Shown: positions 44,230 to 52,973 of the stretch, piece by piece
Layout of the letters: every line of letters starts with the position of its first letter
Numbering within the stretch: the stretch's first letter is position 1
Source of the DNA: a virus
Taxonomy: Duplodnaviria > Caudoviricetes
Reading direction: 5' to 3' (one strand)
DNA length: 56,719 bases
Virus record (IMG/VR): IMGVR_UViG_3300024243_000022
Coordinates: 1 to 56,719 of that record
Notes under the pieces: model-generated
What the model was told of the DNA's origin: nothing
Seen by the model: the letters and a program-made list of their open reading frames with translations, nothing else
Database searches by the model: none
Program-made: the position numbers and the translations under genes

Positions 44230-46614
44230 ATGGCAACTACAGTACTACGTAAAGACGATCCACATTTACTAACACTCACACAACTCAACTTTAAGAAAAT
44301 TCCCAACTCCCTTAAGCAGCATCCCTTCTGGATACTATGGCAACCTCGGCATCAGCACAACTCTACAAAGATACTTAAGACCCCATTCGGTGGCAAAGCA
44401 TGGCAGAAACAGATACAGTCCTGGGATGACATTGTGCCGCACTATGGCAAGCAACAAAAGAACATACCGACTGGACTGGGTTTCGTGTTCACCAAGGACC
44501 ATCCATTTGTGTGCATCGACATTGACGACGTCACACCGACCAACTCAAGGATGCAAAAAGAACTTGACTCATACACTGAGCGATCTCCTTCTCTCTTGGG
44601 TACGCATGTCTGGGTGCAGCTCTTCAGCATCAAGGACAAAGCGAAGTTAGAATCCTACTTCGGCACTAAACGATTTAATAAGACACACAAACGTGATTTG
44701 TTTATATCATCTGGCTATTGTACTATCACTGGGGGACATGTCAAGACTACCCCGACTGATGTGCGCATTTACTCCTTTGAGGACTTAGTTGACATACTAG
44801 GCCAGTACTTCAATCAAAAGATTGTCTCCCTGGAAGAGCACCGTCAAGAAGCAGTTCAAACAAGCAAGGTACTATTCCCCCGCACCAAGCGACAAGCACC
44901 AATCTCTGCAGAACAAGCAAGACTCCTACTACGTAAAATCGACGTCCGCACCTTGACATCTGACATATTCGACAACTTGACTCATCCTACAAGACTAGCG
45001 ATCCTAAACCCAGATGAGACAGAAGAAGCGCGTGAACCATGGATGACAATCTGTCAAGCAATTCATCATAACTTTGGTGGTGAGCCAGATGGTCTTCTAC
45101 TTCTACATGAGTGGAGTAAGAAGGGTAACAAGTATGACAAAGAGGCACTCATGTCGGTGTACGAGTCATTCTCTACGGCGCCAGAGTTTCTTAATCAACA
45201 AAAACCAATAACAATCGGTACACTCATTGCGCTGGTCAAAGCACAGAGACCGGACTTCAACGATCTATCTCCGAAGGGAAAGCCTGTCTCCACAATTCAA
45301 AACTTAGAGGCGTACTTCAAGTTCTACAAGTATCATATGGCGTTTAACATCGTCACACGTGAGGTAGACATAGCGATGCCTAAAGCCATAGTAACAACTC
45401 TGGCCGACAAGACTATTAGAATCTTTGATATAGACAGAGCATATCGTATCATCGCGTCTGAGTTATTGAAGCTCGGTTTCGCGAATAAGAACTTTATAAA
45501 TCTAAGAGAGTCAATTCTAGACTATGCTAAAGTAAACTCATATAATCCAATAGAAAACTACTTTAATAAGATATATGCTGAATATGATGAAGCTCAAGAT
45601 CCATTAGAGGATCTTATGAACACTATCACGTTCGACAATACGATACGGACTAAGAATGCTCAAGCAGCGGTCAAGGTGTTCTTTAAGAAGTGGCTGACAC
45701 AAGTTGTCGCGGCGGCGAATACCTCACAAACACACTCGACCAGGATATTCAACAACCTGATGATCTTGATCGGTGAACAGGGTGTAGGTAAGACTAAGTG
45801 GGTTGCTTCGCTCTTTCCAAAAGAGATTCAACAATTCTGTGCAGGTAGTGGCAACTTACAGATTAACCAATTTAGAACTGACAACGTGAAGCAAGCTATT
45901 GAGTTACAGCGCACGTTGATCTGCAACATCAATGAAGTAGACTTACTGTTCAAGGAAGGCTCGTACTCAAAGTTCAAGCAACTTCTGGATGAGACGACCA
46001 ACTCGATGGTGTTACCTTATGGCAAGACTGCTGTGCAGATGACACGACGAACAGTATTTATAGGTAGCACGAACAAGCGTCACTTCTTAGTAGATCAAAC
46101 AGGTAACAGAAGGATAACTCTGGTCCATGTTGACGACATGAACTCAGAACATACTATGGACCTAGGGCAACTTTGGGCACATGCTGTGCACTGGTACCGT
46201 GAAGAAAAATGCTGGTGGCTTGACCCTAAGAATCCAGAAGATAAGGTGGCAATTGAGGTGCAAAACAAACTAAATATGCAAGGTATGTACATTGGTGATG
46301 ACGGCTTGATGGAAGACTTAGATCACTACTTCAAGCTAGACGCTAAGTCAATCCACTACAAGAAAGTAACATTTAAAGACATACGAATGCTGATGCCAAG
46401 TCTACATGGTGTAAAGCTCAACTCTAGGGCATTCAATGTAGCAAAGATGACTTTTCATAACTGGCTAAATCAAACTAAGTTTGGCGAAGTTATGAAGAAG
46501 AAAAGTGGCGTTCGTGCCCAGCAATTCTATTTAGTTCCCCCTATCCGCGAAAAGAAACAAGCTGCATCATTCAAGCAAGCTGCACTACTAGATGAACTAG
46601 AATCTCTCGCCTAG
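44230..46614 (+). CDS. primase-polymerase (AEP) + PriCT-2 + VapE-type helicase fusion
   Basis: GLGFVF...CIDID...ERSPS..GTHVW AEP motifs; W..WSKKG.KY PriCT; GEQGVGKT Walker A; FIGSTN...DQTGNRR. Confidence 0.92.
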   Translation: MATTVLRKDDPHLLTLTQLNFKKIPNSLKQHPFWILWQPRHQHNSTKILKTPFGGKAWQKQIQSWDDIVPHYGKQQKNIPTGLGFVFTKDHPFVCIDIDDVTPTNSRMQKELDSYTERSPSLLGTHVWVQLFSIKDKAKLESYFGTKRFNKTHKRDLFISSGYCTITGGHVKTTPTDVRIYSFEDLVDILGQYFNQKIVSLEEHRQEAVQTSKVLFPRTKRQAPISAEQARLLLRKIDVRTLTSDIFDNLTHPTRLAILNPDETEEAREPWMTICQAIHHNFGGEPDGLLLLHEWSKKGNKYDKEALMSVYESFSTAPEFLNQQKPITIGTLIALVKAQRPDFNDLSPKGKPVSTIQNLEAYFKFYKYHMAFNIVTREVDIAMPKAIVTTLADKTIRIFDIDRAYRIIASELLKLGFANKNFINLRESILDYAKVNSYNPIENYFNKIYAEYDEAQDPLEDLMNTITFDNTIRTKNAQAAVKVFFKKWLTQVVAAANTSQTHSTRIFNNLMILIGEQGVGKTKWVASLFPKEIQQFCAGSGNLQINQFRTDNVKQAIELQRTLICNINEVDLLFKEGSYSKFKQLLDETTNSMVLPYGKTAVQMTRRTVFIGSTNKRHFLVDQTGNRRITLVHVDDMNSEHTMDLGQLWAHAVHWYREEKCWWLDPKNPEDKVAIEVQNKLNMQGMYIGDDGLMEDLDHYFKLDAKSIHYKKVTFKDIRMLMPSLHGVKLNSRAFNVAKMTFHNWLNQTKFGEVMKKKSGVRAQQFYLVPPIREKKQAASFKQAALLDELESLA

Positions 46615-46662
46615 CACCAATTCTCTCCAGCTATTTACAATTCAGTACTTTGGTGATATAAT
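46615..46662 (+). promoter_or_regulatory. repeated phage promoter, copy 3
   Basis: CACCAA-N29-TTGGTG; TTTACA-N17-TATAAT. Confidence 0.85.
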
Positions 46663-46717
46663 TATTTTATAAGTTGATGAAGGTAAAAACTTTAACTACA
46701 AAACGAGGAGGCTTAGT

Positions 46718-46927
46718 ATGATTAAATGGTTAGGTGAAACAGAATGTAATGTATGCCACAAAGATGCTACAAAAGCCAAGTGGTTTGCTGATGCAAAGAC
46801 CAAGTACGGTCCCTGGGCATTAGTATGTGACAAATGCTGTAAGAAGCACTGCATAGCTGTTGGACAGATGTATGATCCAAAGACAAAGGAAAAGATATGC
46901 GATTTAAAACAAGAACATATGTCGTAA
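46718..46927 (+). CDS. small zinc-finger protein
   Basis: CNVC...DAKTKYGPWALVCDKC; GAGGAGG SD. Confidence 0.75.
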   Translation: MIKWLGETECNVCHKDATKAKWFADAKTKYGPWALVCDKCCKKHCIAVGQMYDPKTKEKICDLKQEHMS

Positions 46928-46951
46928 ACACAAGAACTTACAGGAGGCCTA

Positions 46952-47098
46952 ATGTTAAGATTCTGGAAAGTCTGTCTGGTAATTCACTTCTGCTTATTAA
47001 TAAGCTCCGCAAATGTCTATACAAGCTCGATCTTATTGGTCACATTCTTAATTAGTGGCGTAGGCTACTACACAACAAAGGAGAGACTAGATGTCTAA
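46952..47098 (+). CDS. small membrane protein (48 aa)
   Basis: Read manually; AGGAGG SD; two hydrophobic segments. Confidence 0.5.
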   Translation: MLRFWKVCLVIHFCLLISSANVYTSSILLVTFLISGVGYYTTKERLDV

Positions 47099-47294
47099 TG
47101 TAGAATACTTAGAAATAAGCGAACTTGTAAGTGAAAAAGGTTGGTACTTCTGGGATGAAACAGGAGACGCAATCGGACCATGGAAAAACAAGTGGGCTGC
47201 AGAAAAAGTTTTTTCAGCGTATATTTTTAATGTAATTGAAGGTCAAGACTTTCTTCATTTACATCTTGACAAATTCTTACAACTAAGTCGGTAA
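47091..47294 (+). CDS. hypothetical protein
   Basis: GWYFWDET..GPW motif; AAGGAG SD. Confidence 0.7.
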   Translation: MSNVEYLEISELVSEKGWYFWDETGDAIGPWKNKWAAEKVFSAYIFNVIEGQDFLHLHLDKFLQLSR

Positions 47295-47307
47295 AGGAGA
47301 GATTAAC

Positions 47308-47778
47308 ATGACAAGCAAACCATTTTACTATGAACACATAGAGCTGGAAAAAAAAGCAGCCAAACGAACTTATGAAAATAGTCTTGCAGACATTACTAGT
47401 ACCAGGGAAGACTTCTACAATGTTGTAAGAGATGTGGCTGAGGAACTTGAGTTGGTTGATTATAAATCTACTATAATGATTGGCTCATGGCCCAAACGAG
47501 CATACGTCAGTGTCAAGTTGAAGAAACACGATACTATCACCAATGGGGTCAATGAGGTTATAGATACTGTTGAAGAGATTCTTACACCACTTGACTTTAA
47601 GATGGACTTAGACTGCTCCAAACAACAAGAAGGTTACTATGAACTATACTACAATAAAGGTGTGTTTGTAATTAACATATCTGTATTTATTGCGTCATCA
47701 GATAAGTGCAAAGCTAGACAAGTAGAAGTGACAAAGACTAATACAGAAACAATCTATACATGTGAGGAGGTTGAATAA
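47308..47778 (+). CDS. hypothetical protein
   Basis: 156 aa; AAGGAG SD. Confidence 0.75.
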   Translation: MTSKPFYYEHIELEKKAAKRTYENSLADITSTREDFYNVVRDVAEELELVDYKSTIMIGSWPKRAYVSVKLKKHDTITNGVNEVIDTVEEILTPLDFKMDLDCSKQQEGYYELYYNKGVFVINISVFIASSDKCKARQVEVTKTNTETIYTCEEVE

Positions 47779-47922
47779 TGTATTTCTATAAAAACAACTG
47801 GTACAAAAAGAACAAACAAGGTATGTGGATGATCGGGTGTTACGGCAACACAAAGTCTAAGACTGCCAAGACATGGTTTAGGTATACAGGCCGATCAGAC
47901 TTTATGAAAAAAGTGATGAAAG

Positions 47923-48120
47923 ATGGAGACTGCCTTCATGAACTTTAATACTTTTTTACTGATACTGATTCTGCTATGCATTTGTGTAGTAGCTAAAGGC
48001 TTAGATATATATAACGCAAATATCCAAGCTCAGTTAAACACGATACAGTATCAAACTTCTGGTTGCTATCCGCATCCAACAGAGATACTTAAAGACGTGA
48101 AACTAAAGGAGAAGAACTAA
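47923..48120 (+). CDS. small protein with N-terminal TM/signal segment
   Basis: FLLILILLCICVVAKG hydrophobic stretch. Confidence 0.55.
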   Translation: METAFMNFNTFLLILILLCICVVAKGLDIYNANIQAQLNTIQYQTSGCYPHPTEILKDVKLKEKN

Positions 48121-48121
48121 T

Positions 48122-48451
48122 ATGAGACATCACTCAACACAACTACAAATCTTTAAGGCCCAAACGTACTTACAGGAACATAGAGCTGAGCTTGAAGTAA
48201 TGAAGCTCGCAGACGCCACAAGAGCAATCAACACTGCATGTGCCACAGCTGTGTCAGCGAATACAGTTAAGAACTGGTCTATTATGTTCAGCATCACATT
48301 CGCCAAGTCGTACAACAAAGGTATGAACAAAACAAACTGTCGTATCAAAACTCTGGCCAACGCTATTGCAGAACTTTATGAGGACGTAGGTTCTAAACAG
48401 CATCCTGGAGTTGCAAAGATTCTTGAAGACTTGAATGGAGGCGACAAATGA
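48122..48451 (+). CDS. hypothetical protein
   Basis: AAGGAG SD; ORF track. Confidence 0.7.
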   Translation: MRHHSTQLQIFKAQTYLQEHRAELEVMKLADATRAINTACATAVSANTVKNWSIMFSITFAKSYNKGMNKTNCRIKTLANAIAELYEDVGSKQHPGVAKILEDLNGGDK

Positions 48452-48636
48452 ATCCAGACATAATGAAACAAGCAGGCTTTGGTGAAGAATTAAAAGCTGT
48501 TAACATGGGTAAGTGTCCTGGCTGTCACGAAGATGTAGGGCCAAACGACTTCAGAGATACACTATCACGCAAGGAGTACTTTATCTCAGGACTCTGCCAA
48601 CAATGCCAAGACAAAGTATTTGGAGGAGGTGAGTAA
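48448..48636 (+). CDS. small zinc-finger protein
   Basis: CPGC...EYFISGLCQQCQD. Confidence 0.75.
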   Translation: MNPDIMKQAGFGEELKAVNMGKCPGCHEDVGPNDFRDTLSRKEYFISGLCQQCQDKVFGGGE

Positions 48637-48779
48637 TGAATACTGCTTTATGGCAAAAATGGCTAAACGAAGATGTAGATGATCTTAAAGAGGCTTTACT
48701 ATACTACGGTATAACTGGAATCCTGGCTCGCTTTGAAGATTGGTTAAAGTTTAACAAACACTTAATAAAGGAGGACTAA
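48636..48779 (+). CDS. small hypothetical protein (47 aa), paralogue of 14..166
   Basis: MNTALWQKWLNEDVDDLKEALLYYGITGILARFEDWLKFN...; coupled on both sides (TAATG). Confidence 0.7.
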   Translation: MNTALWQKWLNEDVDDLKEALLYYGITGILARFEDWLKFNKHLIKED

Positions 48780-49972
48780 TGCACAGTAAGTATTCACCCT
48801 CACAACTACCTAGGATCGTAACATGTCCAGGAAGTGTGATTAGTACAAAGGACGTATCAAAAGAGACTTCTTCATACGCTGAGGAAGGTACAATGCTGCA
48901 TGCTGTAGTGGAAGAATGTTTGACTCTGAATGAGCACACAATACCAGAGGCCACGAAACTGAACTTCAACATCGCTGATGATGAGAGCAAGGAACTTGTT
49001 GAGGCAGTCCAAGAAGTACTAGACTGGGTTGTATCTCTACGACTGAAGTACGCTGACTATGAAGATGCGTATGAAGTAGTAGAGCAGCGAGTGTACATGT
49101 CACCGTACATCAAGGCAACAGGTTGTCAGATGCTCAATGATGTACACGGCACACTTGACTACTCCTTCATCATACCATCTGCAGGAGTTGTGTACATCGT
49201 AGACTGGAAATTTGGTAAAGGAGTAGAGGTGTGGCCAGACTCAGAGCAACTATACGCCTATGCTCTTGGCAAGTTAGCGTCCGTGAAGTTCGAAGTCAAG
49301 AAAGTATTTCTGGTCATTGGACAACCAAGATTATATTCAGGTGAACTATTCAAGATTGTTGAAACTACACCTGAAGCACTTAAGTCTTGGTTAGTGTCAT
49401 CCCTGGTTCCTGCACTGAACAACAGCATGTCTAAGCACCCAATCTATAAGCCAACAGAGAAGGCTTGTATGTGGTGCGCGATAAAACGTACATGTAAGTA
49501 TCGTAAAGACATGGCGATGCAAGCTGCAGCAGATGTATTTAAGATTCACGCAAAGCTGCCTGACAAAACAGACGATGAAGAGTTATCAGACTTCTTATTC
49601 AAGCTACCTGACTTAAAGAAGTACATTAGCGACATTGAGTTATATGCTATGAACATCTTAAGAGCAGGTCGTGACCTTCCTAAATGGAAACTTGTTGCAG
49701 GACGCAGCATTCGCAAATGGAAGGATGAAAAAGAAGCTAAGTTATTTTATGCAAACTTGGAAGAGTATGATGCCGAAGACCTTACTATCACCAAGTTCAA
49801 GAGTCCTACACAGATTGAGAAACTGGTAGGGAAGAAAAATGTTACAGAAGAAATGCTGGCGTTAGTGGTTAAGCCACCTGGCAAGCCAACGCTAGTACGT
49901 GAGACTGATAAACGCCCCGCACTCGAGTTTGAGACAGCAGAAGATAAGTTCAAATCATATGTGGAAGATTAA
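48779..49972 (+). CDS. DUF2800-family PD-(D/E)XK (Cas4-like) exonuclease
   Basis: HSKYSPS...CPGS...AEEGT.LH; GTLD...IVDWKFGKG; QL..YALG; CMWC..C; KLVAGRS.R.W. Confidence 0.92.
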   Translation: MHSKYSPSQLPRIVTCPGSVISTKDVSKETSSYAEEGTMLHAVVEECLTLNEHTIPEATKLNFNIADDESKELVEAVQEVLDWVVSLRLKYADYEDAYEVVEQRVYMSPYIKATGCQMLNDVHGTLDYSFIIPSAGVVYIVDWKFGKGVEVWPDSEQLYAYALGKLASVKFEVKKVFLVIGQPRLYSGELFKIVETTPEALKSWLVSSLVPALNNSMSKHPIYKPTEKACMWCAIKRTCKYRKDMAMQAAADVFKIHAKLPDKTDDEELSDFLFKLPDLKKYISDIELYAMNILRAGRDLPKWKLVAGRSIRKWKDEKEAKLFYANLEEYDAEDLTITKFKSPTQIEKLVGKKNVTEEMLALVVKPPGKPTLVRETDKRPALEFETAEDKFKSYVED

Positions 49973-49981
49973 GGAGGAGAT

Positions 49982-50257
49982 ATGCAAGGAGAAGGAAGTG
50001 CTAAAATGCCTAAAAAAACTATGCAAATACGTGAGCAGACTGACATACTTGAGAACAGCACTGCTACAATACTCGACCAAGTTAGTAACTTAGAAGGTCG
50101 GTTACAAGCCATACTGCTGCCGTCAGACTGTACTGCTGAAAATGACTCGCCAGAACCATGTCTTGTACCATTGGCTTATAAGATATGGCAAGTAAATGAA
50201 AACTTAGCACGAGTTATGACAAGACTGAGCTCGTTGACGGAAAGACTAGAGCTATGA
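49982..50257 (+). CDS. coiled-coil hypothetical protein
   Basis: AAGGAGG SD; ORF track. Confidence 0.65.
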   Translation: MQGEGSAKMPKKTMQIREQTDILENSTATILDQVSNLEGRLQAILLPSDCTAENDSPEPCLVPLAYKIWQVNENLARVMTRLSSLTERLEL

Positions 50258-50297
50258 TGTAGCTATAAAATTATTTTCTAAAAAGTGAAAATAATTG

Positions 50298-50326
50298 TTT
50301 ACTTTCCCGCACTTTGGTGCTATTAT
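50298..50326 (+). promoter_or_regulatory. variant of the repeated promoter lacking the upstream CACCAA half
   Basis: TTTACT-N17(containing CTTTGGTG)-TATTAT. Confidence 0.65.
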
Positions 50327-50390
50327 AAAGATAATAAATGAATAAGAATAGTTCTTATTTTGCACTAAACAATTTAATTGGAGAAGAAGA

Positions 50391-50903
50391 ATGGCTGAAA
50401 AAATCAACAGAAGACAGCAGGTAATCGATGCAATCACAACAGGTGAAATGACAAAGAAAGAGATCGCAGAGCAGATCGGTGTCAAAGAATCAGGCATCAG
50501 TTCACAGATGACGTACCTCAGATGGATGGGATACTTCATTATCTTTGATGACGACAAAAAACTGTCCTTCACTGATGAAGCAGGATTCGCTGACTGGGAG
50601 GCTGATAAAAAAGCCAACCGTAAAACCAAATCTACCTCAACAAAGACACCAGCTGAACAGCACGCCACGTTGACCAAGACCATCGCCAACCAGGAAAAAG
50701 CAATGGCTAAGTTTGTTGACAAACAGACCTTGCTTGCTGACGAAGAAGATGCAGATGAAGATACTGTCAATGAAGTGGATGCGAACATCACACTCCTGGA
50801 TATCAAGATCAGGCGCAATGAAGCAAAACTCGACAACATTGATCTGAGTGATGAACCTGACGCTGAGCCAGAACCTGACGACGAAGACGAAGAACTTCTT
50901 TAA
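50391..50903 (+). CDS. winged-HTH protein (paralogue 3) with acidic coiled-coil tail
   Basis: RRQQVIDAI...KKEIAEQIGVKESGISSQMTYLRWMG; D/E-rich C-terminus. Confidence 0.85.
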   Translation: MAEKINRRQQVIDAITTGEMTKKEIAEQIGVKESGISSQMTYLRWMGYFIIFDDDKKLSFTDEAGFADWEADKKANRKTKSTSTKTPAEQHATLTKTIANQEKAMAKFVDKQTLLADEEDADEDTVNEVDANITLLDIKIRRNEAKLDNIDLSDEPDAEPEPDDEDEELL

Positions 50904-50912
50904 CTGACACTC

Positions 50913-50934
50913 GAGGGGAGGTAACACTCTCCTC
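50913..50934 (+). terminator. hairpin after the HTH gene
   Basis: GAGGGGAG-gtaaca-CTCTCCTC; weak U tract. Confidence 0.4.
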
Positions 50935-50958
50935 ATTCAACAATGAAAGGTTTTGCTT

Positions 50959-51633
50959 ATGGAAATAAAAGTGTACGACCAGATGACTATTGAGCTGATG
51001 CAACAGCCTAAGTATCCTGCTGAGATAATAGCCATTGCCTTGAACCTCACAATGAAGTCAGACCCTACATTTGTACCAGCAAAGTTCACTGAGAAGCTCG
51101 GTAAGTTTCTATTGGATGCAGATCACACATCGCCACTAGAACATATCAACTACACAATACTTATTCAAAATGTATCACGATCATTCCTTGCACAGATAAC
51201 ACGGCACCGCATGGGCTCCTTCACTTCTGCATCACAACATTATCAATACTATGACGACTACCCAGTCATCATGGAGAAGTATAAAGAAGAGATGGAGTTT
51301 GCCTGTCAGACTGCGTTCACTATATATCGCAGCTTAGTTGACAAGGGTGTTAGAAAAGAAGAAGCTCGGCAAGTACTACCTAATGCTGCGGCTGTTAATC
51401 TACTCTGGACTGTGAATGCACGGTCATTGATTAACTTCTTTAGGCAACGACTATGCCTGAGAAATGTTAAAGAGATGCGGATGTTTGCCCAACGGTTACT
51501 ATCATTGGCTGAGCCCACCTTCCCTGAGCTCTTCAAACACGTCGGGCCGCAATGCTACGAAGGCAAGTGTAAGCAAGGTAAGATGAGCTGCGGCATTGGT
51601 CCTTGGGTTAAGTGGAATAAAAAGGAGAAGTAA
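50959..51633 (+). CDS. thyX: flavin-dependent thymidylate synthase
   Basis: HTSPLEH, SRSFLAQITRHRMGSF...SQHY, EEARQVLPNA, NARSL..F...RLC. Confidence 0.93.
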   Translation: MEIKVYDQMTIELMQQPKYPAEIIAIALNLTMKSDPTFVPAKFTEKLGKFLLDADHTSPLEHINYTILIQNVSRSFLAQITRHRMGSFTSASQHYQYYDDYPVIMEKYKEEMEFACQTAFTIYRSLVDKGVRKEEARQVLPNAAAVNLLWTVNARSLINFFRQRLCLRNVKEMRMFAQRLLSLAEPTFPELFKHVGPQCYEGKCKQGKMSCGIGPWVKWNKKEK

Positions 51634-51977
51634 TGGAAGAAATACTTGTACGAATATCTGAGTACCAAAAAGCTATGGGGTATGACTTTGAGAACATGAC
51701 TCTGCAAGCTCGGATGCAGGCGTTTAGAAACTACGTATTTGCTTTAGCTGTTGAACAAGCCGAGCTTGCAACAGAGCTGCCAATTAAGCCCTGGAGACCA
51801 TACAAAGATCAGCTGTACTCAGCTCCCGAAGTACTTGCTGAGGAGTGGGTAGACTGTCTGTTCTTTCTGGTCGATCAAGCCTTGGTTCTGCAGCTTCCAC
51901 ATGATGTGATTAGAAAAGCATTTGAAGACAAAATGACAAAAAATTATAAACGTATAAAGGACGGCTATAATGGGTAG
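51633..51977 (+). CDS. all-alpha (dimeric dUTPase/MazG-like) NTP pyrophosphatase
   Basis: EQAEL...KPW...EEWVDCLFF...K...N..R pattern. Confidence 0.85.
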   Translation: MEEILVRISEYQKAMGYDFENMTLQARMQAFRNYVFALAVEQAELATELPIKPWRPYKDQLYSAPEVLAEEWVDCLFFLVDQALVLQLPHDVIRKAFEDKMTKNYKRIKDGYNG

Positions 51978-52200
51978 CATGACTGACAAGCAGACCAAAG
52001 AAGTTGAGGGTCATATTAAAGATGCGTCCAGAGAAGAGTATAAGTGCAAGCTTACGATTTTGAAAGAGCAGTACTCTGTAATACTTGGTGAGAAAAGGCG
52101 GCACTTAGCTGACGCTGCGCATTGTGATAAAGGTTTAAATAATGTTGAACTACGTTTAATCGAACTAGTGAAAGGAGGGCTTATGCATAACGGAAGATAA
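51970..52200 (+). CDS. hypothetical protein
   Basis: ORF track; overlaps the dUTPase stop. Confidence 0.55.
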   Translation: MGSMTDKQTKEVEGHIKDASREEYKCKLTILKEQYSVILGEKRRHLADAAHCDKGLNNVELRLIELVKGGLMHNGR

Positions 52201-52252
52201 GACCAAAACGGCAAACACGCAAAACTATTAAAACTTTAAACAGGAGAAACAA

Positions 52253-52801
52253 ATGATCACAGGAGAAGTTATTATAAGCTACCCAGCTATCTGGGAGCCA
52301 AAAGCAAACCCAAGTGGTGCGATGAAATTTTCTTGCTCAGTTCTTATTGATAAGAAAGACAAAGCCACAGTTAAAGACTTCCAAGACGCTATTGCCAAAG
52401 CCACTGCAAAGGGCAAAGGTTCTATTTGGAACAACAAAATACCAAACTTCAGGTACAAACCATTGAGAGACGGCGATGAAGAACTCGAGTCTGGTGAGAA
52501 GACAGACAAAGTGTACAAAGGTAAGTACTTCATCAACTGCTCCTCAAATGACGCTCCAGGAGTTGTAGGTCCTGATGCTAAACCACTCATGGATCAAGAT
52601 GAGCTATATGCAGGCTGTATTGTACGCCTCGATGTGAACCCGTTCCCGTACAAAAACTCAGGTAACTCAGGGATTGGGTGGGGTCTAAATAATTTAATGC
52701 TTGTAAGAGAAGGCCCAAGACTCGACGGGCGACAAAGAGCTGTGGACGCGTTTGGCTCTTATGCGTCTAATGAAGTTAATGACGAAAATGATTTAATGTA
52801 G
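52253..52801 (+). CDS. DUF2815-family ssDNA-binding protein
   Basis: SYP..WEPK, PLRDGD, YAGC.VR, GN.GIGWGLNN, GPRLDG, acidic tail. Confidence 0.92.
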   Translation: MITGEVIISYPAIWEPKANPSGAMKFSCSVLIDKKDKATVKDFQDAIAKATAKGKGSIWNNKIPNFRYKPLRDGDEELESGEKTDKVYKGKYFINCSSNDAPGVVGPDAKPLMDQDELYAGCIVRLDVNPFPYKNSGNSGIGWGLNNLMLVREGPRLDGRQRAVDAFGSYASNEVNDENDLM

Positions 52802-52807
52802 TACTAC

Positions 52808-52841
52808 GAAGGGGAGTGGCTGTTACACTCCCCTTCAATTT
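52808..52841 (+). terminator. terminator-like hairpin after the SSB gene
   Basis: GAAGGGGAGTG-gctgtta-CACTCCCCTTC 11-bp stem followed by AATTT. Confidence 0.65.
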
Positions 52842-52870
52842 AACCACGAATATACACTTTTTACGCTTAG

Positions 52871-52918
52871 CACCAATTAATTCCAGCTATTTACTTCTTG
52901 GTGTTTTGGTGATATAAT
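52871..52918 (+). promoter_or_regulatory. repeated phage promoter, copy 4
   Basis: CACCAA-N29-TTGGTG; TTTACT-N17-TATAAT. Confidence 0.85.
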
Positions 52919-52973
52919 TATTATATAAGTGAAAGAAGTATCTTTCATACAACACTTAACGAGGAGTGACACT

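Noticed and set aside
48779-49972. CRISPR-associated Cas4
   Set aside because: Its context with DUF2815 and PolA marks it as the common DUF2800 phage replication/recombination nuclease.
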